Shown here piece after piece: positions 11,522 through 21,606 of a stretch of DNA of 64,000 nt (position 1 is the first letter of the stretch; every line of letters begins with the position of its first letter). A program made the position numbers and the translations under genes. Origin of the DNA: Dehalococcoidia bacterium (GTDB taxonomy: Bacteria > Chloroflexota > Dehalococcoidia > UBA2979); NCBI GenBank assembly GCA_965219085.1, contig OZ244720.1, positions 480,001 to 544,000 of the forward strand. Reading direction: 5' to 3'. The notes under the pieces are model-generated. The model searched no databases and was not told the origin of the DNA. It worked only from the letters and a program-made list of their open reading frames with translations.

Positions 11522-12979
11522 ATGGCTCGCACGTCCACAGGCACTACGCCCCCCTCGCCCGCCGCCGATCAGCGCCGCTGCCCGCGCTGCGGGCGTGATG
11601 TGCTCAAGACCAGCATTCGCTGCCGCTTCTGCATGGTCGACCTGCGCGACACCAGGGACTACGGCCCCGTGCGCGTCAGGCGCGCGAGCGGCCGCCGGCT
11701 CCCGCAGATCCGCCACCGCTGGACGCGCCGGCGTGGGTTCATCGTCATCTTTGTCATGGTGGTGCTCTTCTACGGCGGGCGCTGGGCCTGGGACAACCAC
11801 ATCTCGACGCCCGCGCCGCTCCCGTTGGGGACCTCGCCCGCGATTAGCCTTCTCGAGGCGCCCTCAGCCATCTGGCCCACCCCCAACGGTGGGCTGTACC
11901 AGAACCGCGTTACCGGCGCGCGTCCCGCGCTCGGCGGCGAGGTGGCGTGGCGGATCAGCCTGCCCGAGGTGGTCTTGCGCGCCCCCGTGGCCGACGAGGA
12001 GCGCCTCTACATCACCTACCGCGACAGCTTCGGCGCCTACTCGCTCGAGGACGGCAGCGAGGTGTGGCGGATCGCCCGCCCCGGCCTGCTGAGCTCCCCG
12101 GCAATCGTCGACGACCGGTTATATCTCGCGCTGCGCAGCGGGCGCGTGCTTGGCATTGACGCGGCGACGGGCGAGTTCGAGTGGACCACGATCCTCGATG
12201 AGGAGCTGTTCACCACCCCGATCGTCTTCCGGGGCGTGCTCTACGTCTACGCACCGGGCCGCATCCACGGCCTCGACGCCGAGAACGGGGACTGGCTGTG
12301 GAGCCGGGACATTGAGGGCAGCTTCGGCGAGATCTCGCCCGTGGTCGACGAGCGCCACATCGCCCTCGCGGCCCGCAAGGCAGTCGTGCTCCTCGATCGC
12401 GAGACCGGCGTGCGCACGTTCCGCCACCCGCACACCTCGACCAGCGGGTTGGTGTTCGGCGATGGCTTCGTGTACAGCATCTCACCGGGGTTCGCGGCCG
12501 GGATCGACCCGGAGTCGACCCTGCCGTGGTGGGAAGGCACGCGGCTGTACTGGAACTGGCTCTGGGCGTTCGGCGCGGCGCCGCGGCCGCCACGGCCGGA
12601 GGTCGAGTGGGTGTCACGCGAGCGGCCGAGCGAGCTGCGTTCGGGCACCGCCTTCACGCTCATGTTCAAGCCGGTATTCGACGGCGAGCGCATCATCACC
12701 TCGGACACCACGGGCCTGGTGCGCGCGTTCGACGGGACGAACGGCGTGCTGGTGTGGGAGACGGACCTCGACGCCGTGCACGGCCCCCCTACCGCGACGC
12801 CAGACGGCCTGCTGGTACCCCTCACCGACTCGATCGCGCTGCTCGAGATCGAGACCGGCGAGTTGCTGGCCGAACGGCAACTCGGCGCCGTCGGCACGCG
12901 CGTCAAGCGCTGGGTGGTCGTGGTGCAGCAGGGCACGTTCGTCGTCGATGCGCCGGGCTCGGCGCTGGCGTTGCGGTAG
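11522..12979 (+). CDS. Membrane-anchored PQQ-like beta-propeller protein with N-terminal zinc ribbon
   Basis: CPRC...CRFC, one TM segment, repeated D-xx-(T/D/N)G-xxx-W blades. Confidence 0.8.
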   Translation: MARTSTGTTPPSPAADQRRCPRCGRDVLKTSIRCRFCMVDLRDTRDYGPVRVRRASGRRLPQIRHRWTRRRGFIVIFVMVVLFYGGRWAWDNHISTPAPLPLGTSPAISLLEAPSAIWPTPNGGLYQNRVTGARPALGGEVAWRISLPEVVLRAPVADEERLYITYRDSFGAYSLEDGSEVWRIARPGLLSSPAIVDDRLYLALRSGRVLGIDAATGEFEWTTILDEELFTTPIVFRGVLYVYAPGRIHGLDAENGDWLWSRDIEGSFGEISPVVDERHIALAARKAVVLLDRETGVRTFRHPHTSTSGLVFGDGFVYSISPGFAAGIDPESTLPWWEGTRLYWNWLWAFGAAPRPPRPEVEWVSRERPSELRSGTAFTLMFKPVFDGERIITSDTTGLVRAFDGTNGVLVWETDLDAVHGPPTATPDGLLVPLTDSIALLEIETGELLAERQLGAVGTRVKRWVVVVQQGTFVVDAPGSALALR

Positions 12980-13009
12980 CTGTGTGAACGAGCGCGAGGA
13001 GCCACGCAC

Positions 13010-14251
13010 ATGCTGAGCGCAACGGACGCAGCCCCGCCGAGGCGCTACCGCTTCGTGGTCGAGGGCACCCTGCTGTGGGTGCAGATCGCCATGGGGCTCA
13101 GCTTCATCGCGGTTGCCCCGCTCTTCCCGCTGATCATCGATGAGTACGGCGTCGACAACGCGACCGCGAGCCTGCTCATCGGTGGCACCGCGCTGGCGTT
13201 CGCGATTTCGACGATCCCGGGCGGCCTCGTCGCGGCGCGCTTCGGCTGGTGGCGCGCGACGTTCTTCGGCGGCCTGCTGATGTCGTCGATGGTGTTCTCG
13301 CCGTTCGCCGCGAACTTCGCGATGCTGCTCGGGCTGCGGCTCGCCTTCGCCGTCGGGGGCGCGACCGTGATGGGCGCGCTGCCGTCGGCGGTGATGAGCT
13401 GGTTCCCGATGCGCGAGCTGCCTGTGGTCAACGGCACGAACATCGTCGGACAGAGCGTGGGTGTCACCGTGTCCGTGTTCTCGGTCGCGTTCATCGCCGA
13501 ACTCGTCGGGTGGCGCGAGTCGCTCATGCTGTTCGGCTTTGTGGGGCTCACCGGGGTATGTGTGTTCGCGCTGTTCGCGCGGAGTCCCGAGCGGCCGGCC
13601 GGCGCGCCGGTGCGCCCGCCCGTCTCGTTCGCCCTGCTGGGCTCGGTCGCACGCGACCGACCGACGCTGCTGCTTGGCATCGGCGTCGCGGGCGTCGTGG
13701 GGGCGTTCATCGGCCTCAACGCGTGGCTGCCGACGTACTACCAGGAGGAGTTCGGGTTCACGCTGGAGCGCTCCGGGCAGGTGGTGGCGATCCCGTCGTT
13801 CTTCGGGATCATCGGCTCGCTGGTTGGTTCGTGGCTGCCCGTCATGCTCGGGCGCCGCAAGCCGCTCATCATGCTCCCGGGGTTCGTGATGCCGTTCGCC
13901 GTGATCGGCTGCTTCGTCACGGACGCGCCGTACGTGCTGTACCCGAGTCTCGCGCTGCTCGGGTTCGTGACCTGGCTCCACTTCCCCTCGGGGCTGACCT
14001 TGCTCATGGAGTTGGGTGGGGCGACGCTGGAGCGCGCCACGCTCTCCGTCGCGATGATGCTGACGGTCGGCAACATCACCGGCTTCTTCTCGCCGCTGAT
14101 GGTCGGCTTCCTGCGCGATCAGACGGGCAGCTTCGGGCTCGGCTTCACCCTCTGCGCGCTGTTCCCGCTCACGCTTATCTTGGCCGGCGCGCTCCTCCCG
14201 GAAACCGGCCCCCGCGGCCGGCGACCTACTCCAGTCGCCGAGGCCTCGTAG
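13010..14251 (+). CDS. MFS transporter (CynX/NimT-like)
   Basis: About 12 TM segments, WLPTYY, GFLRDQTGSF. Confidence 0.88.
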   Translation: MLSATDAAPPRRYRFVVEGTLLWVQIAMGLSFIAVAPLFPLIIDEYGVDNATASLLIGGTALAFAISTIPGGLVAARFGWWRATFFGGLLMSSMVFSPFAANFAMLLGLRLAFAVGGATVMGALPSAVMSWFPMRELPVVNGTNIVGQSVGVTVSVFSVAFIAELVGWRESLMLFGFVGLTGVCVFALFARSPERPAGAPVRPPVSFALLGSVARDRPTLLLGIGVAGVVGAFIGLNAWLPTYYQEEFGFTLERSGQVVAIPSFFGIIGSLVGSWLPVMLGRRKPLIMLPGFVMPFAVIGCFVTDAPYVLYPSLALLGFVTWLHFPSGLTLLMELGGATLERATLSVAMMLTVGNITGFFSPLMVGFLRDQTGSFGLGFTLCALFPLTLILAGALLPETGPRGRRPTPVAEAS

Positions 14252-14257
14252 CCTCGC

Positions 14258-15205
14258 CTACACCACCGCGATCGGGTTCACGGGCGAGCCGGTGCCGCCG
14301 CGCACGCTCAGCGGCGCGACCATGAGCAGGAACTCCCACCGCCCTGCCTCGGCGCACGCGTCCGCGAGGTCCTCGAGGTTGGCGTTGTCCAGCAGCGGCA
14401 TCCCCATGTACGGGATCACGATCTCGTGGATGGGCACCCGGATCGGCTCGCCGTCCGGCCGCTGCAGACCGATGCCCAGCGGCTGCTGACCGGCGTCGAG
14501 CAGGTCCCAGACGAGCAGCGAGGCGTCGTTGTTGTACAGGAACTCGATGGCCGAGCCATGCACGCCCGGCATGTCGTTGAACATCCCCATCTGGAAGTCC
14601 GGCCGCGAGGCGTAGAACGCGTTCGCGCCGGAGCGCACGACCACGGCGTCGCCCGGCATCGGTTCGACGCCCTGCGCCGCGGCGATGTCCTGGAGCTCCC
14701 AGCCGTGTACGGGGGTGTCGATGGTGACGAAGTCCGTACCGCGGTAGCGCGGCACGTCGTACAGCACCGCGCGCGTGACGATGCCGTCGTGGTACGACTC
14801 GACGGAGCCGCTCCCGGCGCCGTCGAGCGTGACGTCGGAGCTGGGACGGCCGTTGTAGAGGGCATTCTCGGGCCCGGCGAAGACGTGGCACAACGCATCG
14901 AGGTGCGTGGTGGTCCAGCCGTGGAAGTTGATGCTGATGCGGTCGCCGGAGCCCATTTCCATGACGTGCATCTCCTGCTCGAAGCCCGACACCATGCTCG
15001 AACGCGGCTCCTTGCTGATGACGAGCGAGAGCGAGATGGTGCGGCCCTGCTGCGGGAGGGTGAGGGCGTGGCGGCGCACCTCGGGCGTGATGTGGTTGAG
15101 CGTGCCGAGGTGGTCGTCGGGTCCCCAGCGCCCCCAGTTTCTGAAGCGCTCGCGGTAGGTCTCGTACTCCTCCGGGGTGGGAGGCGTGCGGTCGGCCAGG
15201 CTCAT
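14258..15205 (-). CDS. Cyclase family (kynurenine formamidase-like) metallohydrolase
   Basis: NWGRWGPDDHLGTLN, HGWTTTHLDALCH, GGTGSPVNPIA. Confidence 0.9.
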   Translation of the reverse strand: MSLADRTPPTPEEYETYRERFRNWGRWGPDDHLGTLNHITPEVRRHALTLPQQGRTISLSLVISKEPRSSMVSGFEQEMHVMEMGSGDRISINFHGWTTTHLDALCHVFAGPENALYNGRPSSDVTLDGAGSGSVESYHDGIVTRAVLYDVPRYRGTDFVTIDTPVHGWELQDIAAAQGVEPMPGDAVVVRSGANAFYASRPDFQMGMFNDMPGVHGSAIEFLYNNDASLLVWDLLDAGQQPLGIGLQRPDGEPIRVPIHEIVIPYMGMPLLDNANLEDLADACAEAGRWEFLLMVAPLSVRGGTGSPVNPIAVV

Positions 15206-15303
15206 CGCGTGCTCCTCTGCGCTGCGGCCGGGATTCGGCGCGGCGACGGTATCACGGGGGTCGAAACGAGTGGGATACTCGCGACCGCGAGGGGAGCGAG
15301 CGT

Positions 15304-16008
15304 GTGAGTAAGGTGGTCGGTCTCGACGGGTGCCCAGACGGGTGGATCGCCGCTGTGATAGAGGACGGCCGACTCGCGTGTTTCGAGTTCCACGAGGCAG
15401 CACGAGCGGCGCTCGATGCTCACCCGGGCGCTGCGGTGTTCGCGTTCGACATCCCGGTTGGTCTCAGTGCGGGCGGGAGACGGGAAGCTGACGAAGCTGC
15501 GCGCCGCTTTCTGCGCGGGCGCGCGAGTAGCGTGTTCAACGCACCTCCACGCCTCGTCCTCGACATTGCGAGTTCGGCTGTTGGGGCCAAGAGCCGTGCG
15601 GAAGCCTATGCCGAGGCGAACGAGGCAACCAGGCAAGTGAGCGGGCGCGGCCTATTCAGCCAGAGCTTCGCCCTCGCAATGAAGATTACCGATGTGGACC
15701 TCGTGTCGGGAGACCCCCGAGTCTTCGAGGCGCATCCCGAGGTCACATTCGCCGAACTCTCGAATCGCGAGACCCTGGATGGAGAGCAGCGCGCGGCGCT
15801 GCATGAGCCCATCCCACGTCTTCTTGCGGGGGAGCAGCCGTCCGCTCCCGACGTGGTCGGGGATGTAAGCGCGAAGGCCGCGGCGGACGACATCGTCGAT
15901 GCGGTCGCCTGCGCGTGGACGGCGGGGCGCATCGCCGTCGGCGCTGCGCGCTCGTTGCCCGACCCGCCGGAACGGATCGACGGGCGCGAGGTGGCGATCT
16001 GGTGCTAG
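15304..16008 (+). CDS. DUF429 domain protein (predicted RNase H-like nuclease)
   Basis: VGLDGCPDGW, DIPVGL, RASSVF, EAHPEV, DDIVDA. Confidence 0.8.
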   Translation: MSKVVGLDGCPDGWIAAVIEDGRLACFEFHEAARAALDAHPGAAVFAFDIPVGLSAGGRREADEAARRFLRGRASSVFNAPPRLVLDIASSAVGAKSRAEAYAEANEATRQVSGRGLFSQSFALAMKITDVDLVSGDPRVFEAHPEVTFAELSNRETLDGEQRAALHEPIPRLLAGEQPSAPDVVGDVSAKAAADDIVDAVACAWTAGRIAVGAARSLPDPPERIDGREVAIWC

Positions 16009-16028
16009 ACGGCCGCTGACGGCCGGGC

Positions 16029-16832
16029 CTACTCGCGCGCGGGGGCGTTGGTGTCGATGAAGCGGCCGAGCGCCTCCATGTAGGGCACCTGGCCGACCCA
16101 GAGGATGGTGTTGTGGTCCCCGTACGGGATCACCACGATCTCCCGTGACGTGTCCTCCAGCAGGTTGTAGAGCTCCGCCGCCGACTGCATCGGGACGAGT
16201 TGGTCGACCTCGCCGTGGAGCTGCATCGTCGGCAGGCGGATCGAGCGGATCTTCGCCTCGTGCGCGTCGATCAGCTCGAGCGCGGTCGCGTGCTCCGCGA
16301 TGCCGAAGCGCTCGAGCATCCCCCGCACCCCCGCCGCGCCGCTCTCGATGACGACGCCACGGAAGCCCTCGGACGCGCTCGCGGCGACCTCGAGCGCGGG
16401 CGAGGCGCCCATGCTGCGGCCCATCACGAAGCGCCGCCGGTCGTAGCCGAGCTCGTCGAGCGTTGCCTGGAAGAAGGCGGCGACGGGGCGGGCGTCGGCC
16501 GTGAGGTGCTCCATCGAGGATGTGCCGCCGCTCTTCCCGTACCCGCGGAACTCGGCGACGAAGAGGTTGATGCCGTGGTCGTAGTAGAGGCTGATGAACT
16601 GGTCGTGATCGCCGACGATCTCGCCGTTGCCGTGGAAGTAGAGGATCGTCGGGTACTCGGGCCCTGGTTGGTGGTAGAAACGCGCGCCGACCGAGACACC
16701 GGGGTCGACCTCGATCAGGTAGTCGGTGGCGCCCTCCGGCGGTCCGCCGTGATCCGGGCGTGGGAAGAACGCCATCGAGGCCGCGCCGAGGCGGTCCAGC
16801 AGGGCGTAGTCGGGTTCGTTCGCGTCGGGCAT
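16029..16832 (-). CDS. Alpha/beta hydrolase (ABHD13/17-like)
   Basis: LYFHGNGE, FRGYGKS, GRSMG, HGEVD, GDHN; GAGGAGG SD. Confidence 0.88.
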   Translation of the reverse strand: MPDANEPDYALLDRLGAASMAFFPRPDHGGPPEGATDYLIEVDPGVSVGARFYHQPGPEYPTILYFHGNGEIVGDHDQFISLYYDHGINLFVAEFRGYGKSGGTSSMEHLTADARPVAAFFQATLDELGYDRRRFVMGRSMGASPALEVAASASEGFRGVVIESGAAGVRGMLERFGIAEHATALELIDAHEAKIRSIRLPTMQLHGEVDQLVPMQSAAELYNLLEDTSREIVVIPYGDHNTILWVGQVPYMEALGRFIDTNAPARE

Positions 16833-16888
16833 CGCCGCCTCCTCGCGTGGTGGGGCGATGATACGTGAGCGGGTGGGTGATGGGCGGG

Positions 16889-18112
16889 CTACCAGGGCTC
16901 GTCCATCTGCGCGAACCCGCCGTGGCTCGCCTGGGCCACGGCGATCGGAGCGCGGTACGGGCGTGTCTGGCCCGTCGCGCGGCCCACGAGCAGCCACACC
17001 ATCCCCACGGCGGCGAGGGCTCCAGAGGCCCAGTACACCATCGGGATGTCGAACCAGCTGGCGACGATGCCGAGCACGATGCCGCCGGCCAGCCCGCTCA
17101 CGTCCCACGCGAGCTGCAGCACGGCCGTCGCGCGGCCTCGCGCGGTGTCGGCGACGCGGTCGATGGCGAGCGCCAGCAGCGCGGTGTGCGCCCCGGCGAG
17201 CCCGGCGCCGGCCATGAACCCCGCGGCGATCAGCATCAGCGGGCCGTGGGCGACCGCCAGCATCCACATCGACGCGACTGTGGCCACGAGTCCGGGCAGC
17301 GCGACCGGGACACGACCGACGCGGTCGGACGCTGCTCCGGCGACCGGCCGCACGAGCGTGGAGGCGATGCCGACGAGGAGGAAGAACAGCCCGACGTTGC
17401 CGAGATCGCGCTCCTCGCCGAGCAGCGGGAGGAAGGTGCTCGTCGCGGCGAACGAGAACGTGACGGTCATGAAGACGGTCATCGGGAACAGCGCGGGTCT
17501 CGGGAAGAGCGTGGCGCCGCCCTCGACGCCGACGCTGGAGCTCGGCGGCTCGTGCACGGGCTGCACGACCAGCAAGGTCAGGCCCGCGGTCGCTGCGGCG
17601 ATGATGAAGACCATGTCGAAGCCCCACGCCGCCGCGACGGCGACGCCGATCGCCGGCGGGAACATCTGCGCGATGCCGGTCGCCATGCCGAACATCCCGA
17701 CGCCCTCGCCGCGCCTCGACAGCGGCGACAGCTCGGCGATCATCGAGGCGGACGCCGTCGGGCACAGCGCCATGCCGACGCCCTGTACGATCCGCAGCAG
17801 GAACAGCGAGATGATGTCGTGGGAGAGCGTCATGAGCAGCATCGACGCCACTATCGCCAGCAGCCCGATGCGCATGATCCGCTTGCGCTGTCCGCGGTCG
17901 CTCCAGCGGCCCGCGAACGGCCGCAGTACGAGCGGCACGACGTTGAACCCGCCGACAATGATGCCGATCTGCCACTTCGCCCCGCCGATCTCGTCGATGT
18001 AGTCCGGCAGGACCGAGAGCAGGTAGAAGAAGCTGGCGAAGAAGCCAACGGTGCCCAGCAACGTCAGCGCGAAGTCGAACGTCCAGAGGCGGGGCCGGGG
18101 TGACTGGCTCAC
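16889..18112 (-). CDS. MFS transporter
   Basis: About 12 TM segments, GRWSDRGQRK and GAASDRVGR motif A. Confidence 0.9.
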   Translation of the reverse strand: MSQSPRPRLWTFDFALTLLGTVGFFASFFYLLSVLPDYIDEIGGAKWQIGIIVGGFNVVPLVLRPFAGRWSDRGQRKRIMRIGLLAIVASMLLMTLSHDIISLFLLRIVQGVGMALCPTASASMIAELSPLSRRGEGVGMFGMATGIAQMFPPAIGVAVAAAWGFDMVFIIAAATAGLTLLVVQPVHEPPSSSVGVEGGATLFPRPALFPMTVFMTVTFSFAATSTFLPLLGEERDLGNVGLFFLLVGIASTLVRPVAGAASDRVGRVPVALPGLVATVASMWMLAVAHGPLMLIAAGFMAGAGLAGAHTALLALAIDRVADTARGRATAVLQLAWDVSGLAGGIVLGIVASWFDIPMVYWASGALAAVGMVWLLVGRATGQTRPYRAPIAVAQASHGGFAQMDEPW

Positions 18113-18234
18113 CGCACCATCGTACGGCCTCGGCTGCGCAGGGGCTGCGAGGGCGCGGCGTGGCGGCTCGCTAGTATCATCGCGTCGCCGTAGTCAGCCG
18201 GGCCGCGCCGCGGGCGCGGAGAAGGGCGAGCGCC

Positions 18235-19542
18235 GTGCCGAACCCTGTCGATGAGTACCGCAACAAGCTCCGCACGCCCGAGGAGGCCGTCGCGCTCATC
18301 CCTGATGGCAGCTTCGTCTTCAAGGGCAACTGCGCGGGCGAGCCGCCCGCCCTCGTGCGGGCCGTCGCCGCTCGCGCGCGGGACGGTGGATTCACCAACC
18401 TGCGCACGACGAGCCTGCTCCCGATGCGACCCGCCTCCGAGTCGATCCTCGCGCCCGACGTGAGCGATGTGATCCACTGGGAGTCGCTGTTCGTGAACGG
18501 CTTCGACCGCGACCTGATCGGATCCGGCGCGGCGCACTACAACCCGAACTTCTTCCACCAGGTGCCGCGGCTCATCCTCGAGTTCATGGACATCAACGTG
18601 GCGCTGATCGACGTCTCCCGCGCCGACCGGCACGGCTACATGAGCCTCGGCACGAACGTCGACACCCACAAGGCGGCGATCGAGAAGGCCGACCTCGTCA
18701 TCGCCGAGGTCAACAACCACATGCCGCGCGTGCACGGCAACTCGTGGGTCCACGTCTCCGAGCTCGACGCCATCGTCGAGCACGACGAGCCGCTGCCCGA
18801 GCTCCCGCTCGTGCCCGAGCGCCCCGAGGACGAGGCGATGGGGCGGCTGATCGCGGAGATGGTGCCCGACGGCGCAACGATCCAGCTCGGCATCGGCGGC
18901 GTCCCGAACGCCCTCGCGAACGCGCTGAACGGGCACCGCAACCTCGGGATCCACACCGAGATGTTCGTCGACGCGATGGTCGACCTGATCGAGAGCGGCG
19001 TCGTGGACGGCTCGCAGAAGACGTTCCATCCCGGTAAGGCGGTGTACGCGTTCGCCGCGGGCTCGCGGCGCATGTACGAGTTCCTGGACGACAACCCGGG
19101 CATCGAGGCGCACCCCGTGTCCTACACGAACTTCCCGCCGAACATCGCGCGCAACGACAACATGATCTCGGTCAACTCGACGATCGAGGTGGACCTGACG
19201 GGGCAGTGCTGCTCGGAGTCGATCGGGACGACGCAGTTCAGCGGGACGGGCGGCCAGCACGACTACGCGCGCGGCGCGTTCGACTCGCGCGGCGGCAAGT
19301 CGATCATCGCGTTCTACTCGACGGCGAGGGGCGGCGAGGTGTCGCGCATCGTGCCGACGCTGACGCCCGGGGCGGTGGTGACGACGCCCCGCAACGAGGT
19401 GCACTGGCTGGCGTCGGAGTACGGGCTGACGTGCCTGAAGGGCAAGTCCACACGCGAGCGCGCGATCGCCATCATCGGCCTCGCGCACCCGAAGTTCCGC
19501 GATGAGTTGACGGCGTCGGCCAAGGAGCTGGGGTACCTGTAG
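18235..19542 (+). CDS. Acetyl-CoA hydrolase/transferase (4-hydroxybutyrate CoA-transferase type)
   Basis: QLGIGGVP, LGIHTEM, SGTGGQHDY, LAHPKFR. Confidence 0.92.
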   Translation: MPNPVDEYRNKLRTPEEAVALIPDGSFVFKGNCAGEPPALVRAVAARARDGGFTNLRTTSLLPMRPASESILAPDVSDVIHWESLFVNGFDRDLIGSGAAHYNPNFFHQVPRLILEFMDINVALIDVSRADRHGYMSLGTNVDTHKAAIEKADLVIAEVNNHMPRVHGNSWVHVSELDAIVEHDEPLPELPLVPERPEDEAMGRLIAEMVPDGATIQLGIGGVPNALANALNGHRNLGIHTEMFVDAMVDLIESGVVDGSQKTFHPGKAVYAFAAGSRRMYEFLDDNPGIEAHPVSYTNFPPNIARNDNMISVNSTIEVDLTGQCCSESIGTTQFSGTGGQHDYARGAFDSRGGKSIIAFYSTARGGEVSRIVPTLTPGAVVTTPRNEVHWLASEYGLTCLKGKSTRERAIAIIGLAHPKFRDELTASAKELGYL

Positions 19543-19561
19543 TTAGCACACATGCTAAATT
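19543..19561 (+). promoter_or_regulatory. Palindromic operator overlapping the extended -10 of the TA operon
   Basis: TTAGCA-caca-TGCTAA; TGcTAAATT lies 6 nt before ATG 19568. Confidence 0.6.
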
Positions 19562-19567
19562 CGTCCC

Positions 19568-19897
19568 ATGCGGATCGAATTCCGGGCCGACAGGCGCGGC
19601 AGGGAGCCGGTTCGCGAATACACCGAGGCGATCGCTGCGGCAGGGGAACGATCGCGGGTGGCCGCGTTCAGGCGGCTGCTCGGGTTGTTGAGTGAGCACG
19701 GTTCCGCTCGTGGGATGCCGATGGCTCGGCTGATCAATCGCCAGGAACGCGTGTACGAACTCCGATTCGGTGATCACCGCTGCGCGTACGTAGAGGATGG
19801 CCAGGCAACCGTCTTGCTGCACGCCTGGAGGAAGCAGACGCAGAAGCTGGATGCGCGCGAAGAGCGACGCGCGCTCGGGCGTCTCTCGCAGTTATGA
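19568..19897 (+). CDS. Type II TA toxin, RelE/HigB (Gp49-like)
   Basis: GREPVREY, VYELR, VLLHAWRKQTQK; upstream of an XRE gene. Confidence 0.85.
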   Translation: MRIEFRADRRGREPVREYTEAIAAAGERSRVAAFRRLLGLLSEHGSARGMPMARLINRQERVYELRFGDHRCAYVEDGQATVLLHAWRKQTQKLDAREERRALGRLSQL

Positions 19898-19967
19898 ACC
19901 GCGAGGCCGGGCAATTCTCGTGGATGACTTGTTGTCTTGCTCTTGCAGTGACAGAGGGAGCGATGCA

Positions 19968-20282
19968 ATGGAGCGAAAGGAACGAACGGACGCGCTCGCA
20001 TTCCTTGACGAGATGCGTGCGAACGACCCCGAACTGCAAGCCGAGTATGAGCGGCTCGGACCGCGGTTCGAGTTGATCAGCGCACTGATCGGCGCTCGCC
20101 AGCGGGCTGGGCTCAGCCAGGGCGAACTCGCGAAGCGCATGGGGCGCAGCCAGGCGGTCGTGTCGCGGCTGGAGTCGGCCGAACACTCACCACGGATCGA
20201 GACCCTGCTTGAGTACGTCGAGGCGTGCGGACACCGCATCGAGTTCAGAATCGTCGAGAGCGGAGAACCCTCCGCGCCGTAG
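19968..20282 (+). CDS. XRE-family HTH antitoxin (HigA-like)
   Basis: ARQRAGLSQGELAKRMGRSQAVVSRLES. Confidence 0.88.
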   Translation: MERKERTDALAFLDEMRANDPELQAEYERLGPRFELISALIGARQRAGLSQGELAKRMGRSQAVVSRLESAEHSPRIETLLEYVEACGHRIEFRIVESGEPSAP

Positions 20283-20311
20283 CGAGCGGCCGGCGCGCGC
20301 TCGGCTCGCCG

Positions 20312-21040
20312 CTAGTCGCTGAGCGCCAGCGCCAGCCGCGCGTCGATGCTCCGCAGCGCCGCCTCGGCGGTCGAGATGCCCTCGCGCTCAGCGACGCGCA
20401 GCAGCTCCAGCGTGGTTGCTCCGACGCGCTCGATCAGATCTTCGGGCGATGCCGAGCCGGTCGCGTAGTCCACGCCGACGAGGATGGCGCCACCGGCGTT
20501 CACCACGTAGTCCGGCGCGTACGCGATCCCGCGTTGCGCGAGCAGCTCGGCGTCGGCGGGGTCGCGCAGCAGCTGGTTGTTCGCGCCACAGCAGACGATG
20601 CGGCAGCGCAACTCCGGGATCGTCGACGCGTTGAGCACACCGCCGAGCGCGTTCGGCGAGAACACGTCGCACGGCTGCGCGTACGCACCGTCGAGGGCGA
20701 CCGGCTCGGCGCCGATCTCGTTCGCCAGGGGGACGGCGATCTCATCGTAGAGGTCCGTGACCGCCACATTGGCGCCCTCGGCGGCCGCGCGGCGCGCGAC
20801 CGCGCCGCCGACCTTCCCAACGCCGATGACCACGATGCGCCGCCCGGCCAGCGCGCCGTCTCCGACGACGGCTTGCAGTGAGGCGCGCATCCCGTTGAGC
20901 ACGGTCCGCACCGTCGGCTCCGCCGTGTCCTTGACGACCTCGCGGGCCGCACTGAGGCCCACGACATGCGACGTCTGCGGGCGATCAACGGCAGCTCATC
21001 GAGAGCCGTGCCCACGTCCGTGCCGGTCACATAGCGCCCG
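20312..21040 (-). pseudogene. Leu/Val/Phe dehydrogenase, 3' half (IS-interrupted, extra frameshift near 20980)
   Basis: RYVTGTDVGT then a shift to VVGLS...IGVGKVG, CDVFSPNALG, GANNQL, YAPDYVVNAGG. Confidence 0.88.
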
Positions 21041-21118
21041 TGACCTGACCCCTTGAAACGGGACCACCGTTGATGAGAGTCCTTTGGCCCATGAAAGTGG
21101 GCAGAGGAGGACATCACG

Positions 21119-21397
21119 GTGAAACGACGCAGGCACACGCCCGAGCAGATCGTGCGCAAGCTGCGCGAGGTGGAGCGGCTGCTCGGTGAGGGGCAGACGA
21201 TCGCCGAGGCGGCGAAGCAGGTCGAGATCTCGGAGCAGACCTACCACCGCTGGCGCAACCAGTACGGCGCGATGAAGGCCGACGACGCCAAACGGCTACG
21301 CGAGCTGGAGCGCGAGAACGTCCGGCTGAAGCGGATCGTCGCCGACAAGGAACTCGAGATCGACGCGCTCAAGGAGATCGCCCGGGGAAACTGGTAA
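21119..21397 (+). CDS. IS3 transposase OrfA
   Basis: HTPEQIVRKL, SEQTYHRWRNQYG, LERENVRLKR; GGGGAAAC slippery-like site at 21384-21391 into OrfB. Confidence 0.92.
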   Translation: MKRRRHTPEQIVRKLREVERLLGEGQTIAEAAKQVEISEQTYHRWRNQYGAMKADDAKRLRELERENVRLKRIVADKELEIDALKEIARGNW

Positions 21398-21606
21398 GCC
21401 CGTCGCGCCGGCGCGAGGCAGTCTGCATGTTGCAGGACCGCCTCGAGTTGTCGGAACGGCGGGCATGCCGGGTCACCGGCCAGCACCGCTCCACACAGCG
21501 CCGCCTCCCGACGCGCGGCCGCGGCGACGACGCGCTGCGCGCGGAACCCCACGCCTTCTCGCGTGGCCACCCCCGCTGGGGCTACCGCCGGGCCTGGGCG
21601 ACCTTA
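21394..21606 (+). pseudogene. IS3 OrfB 5' fragment
   Basis: SERRACRVTGQHRSTQR...HPRWGYRRAWATL, cut by IS1380. Confidence 0.88.
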
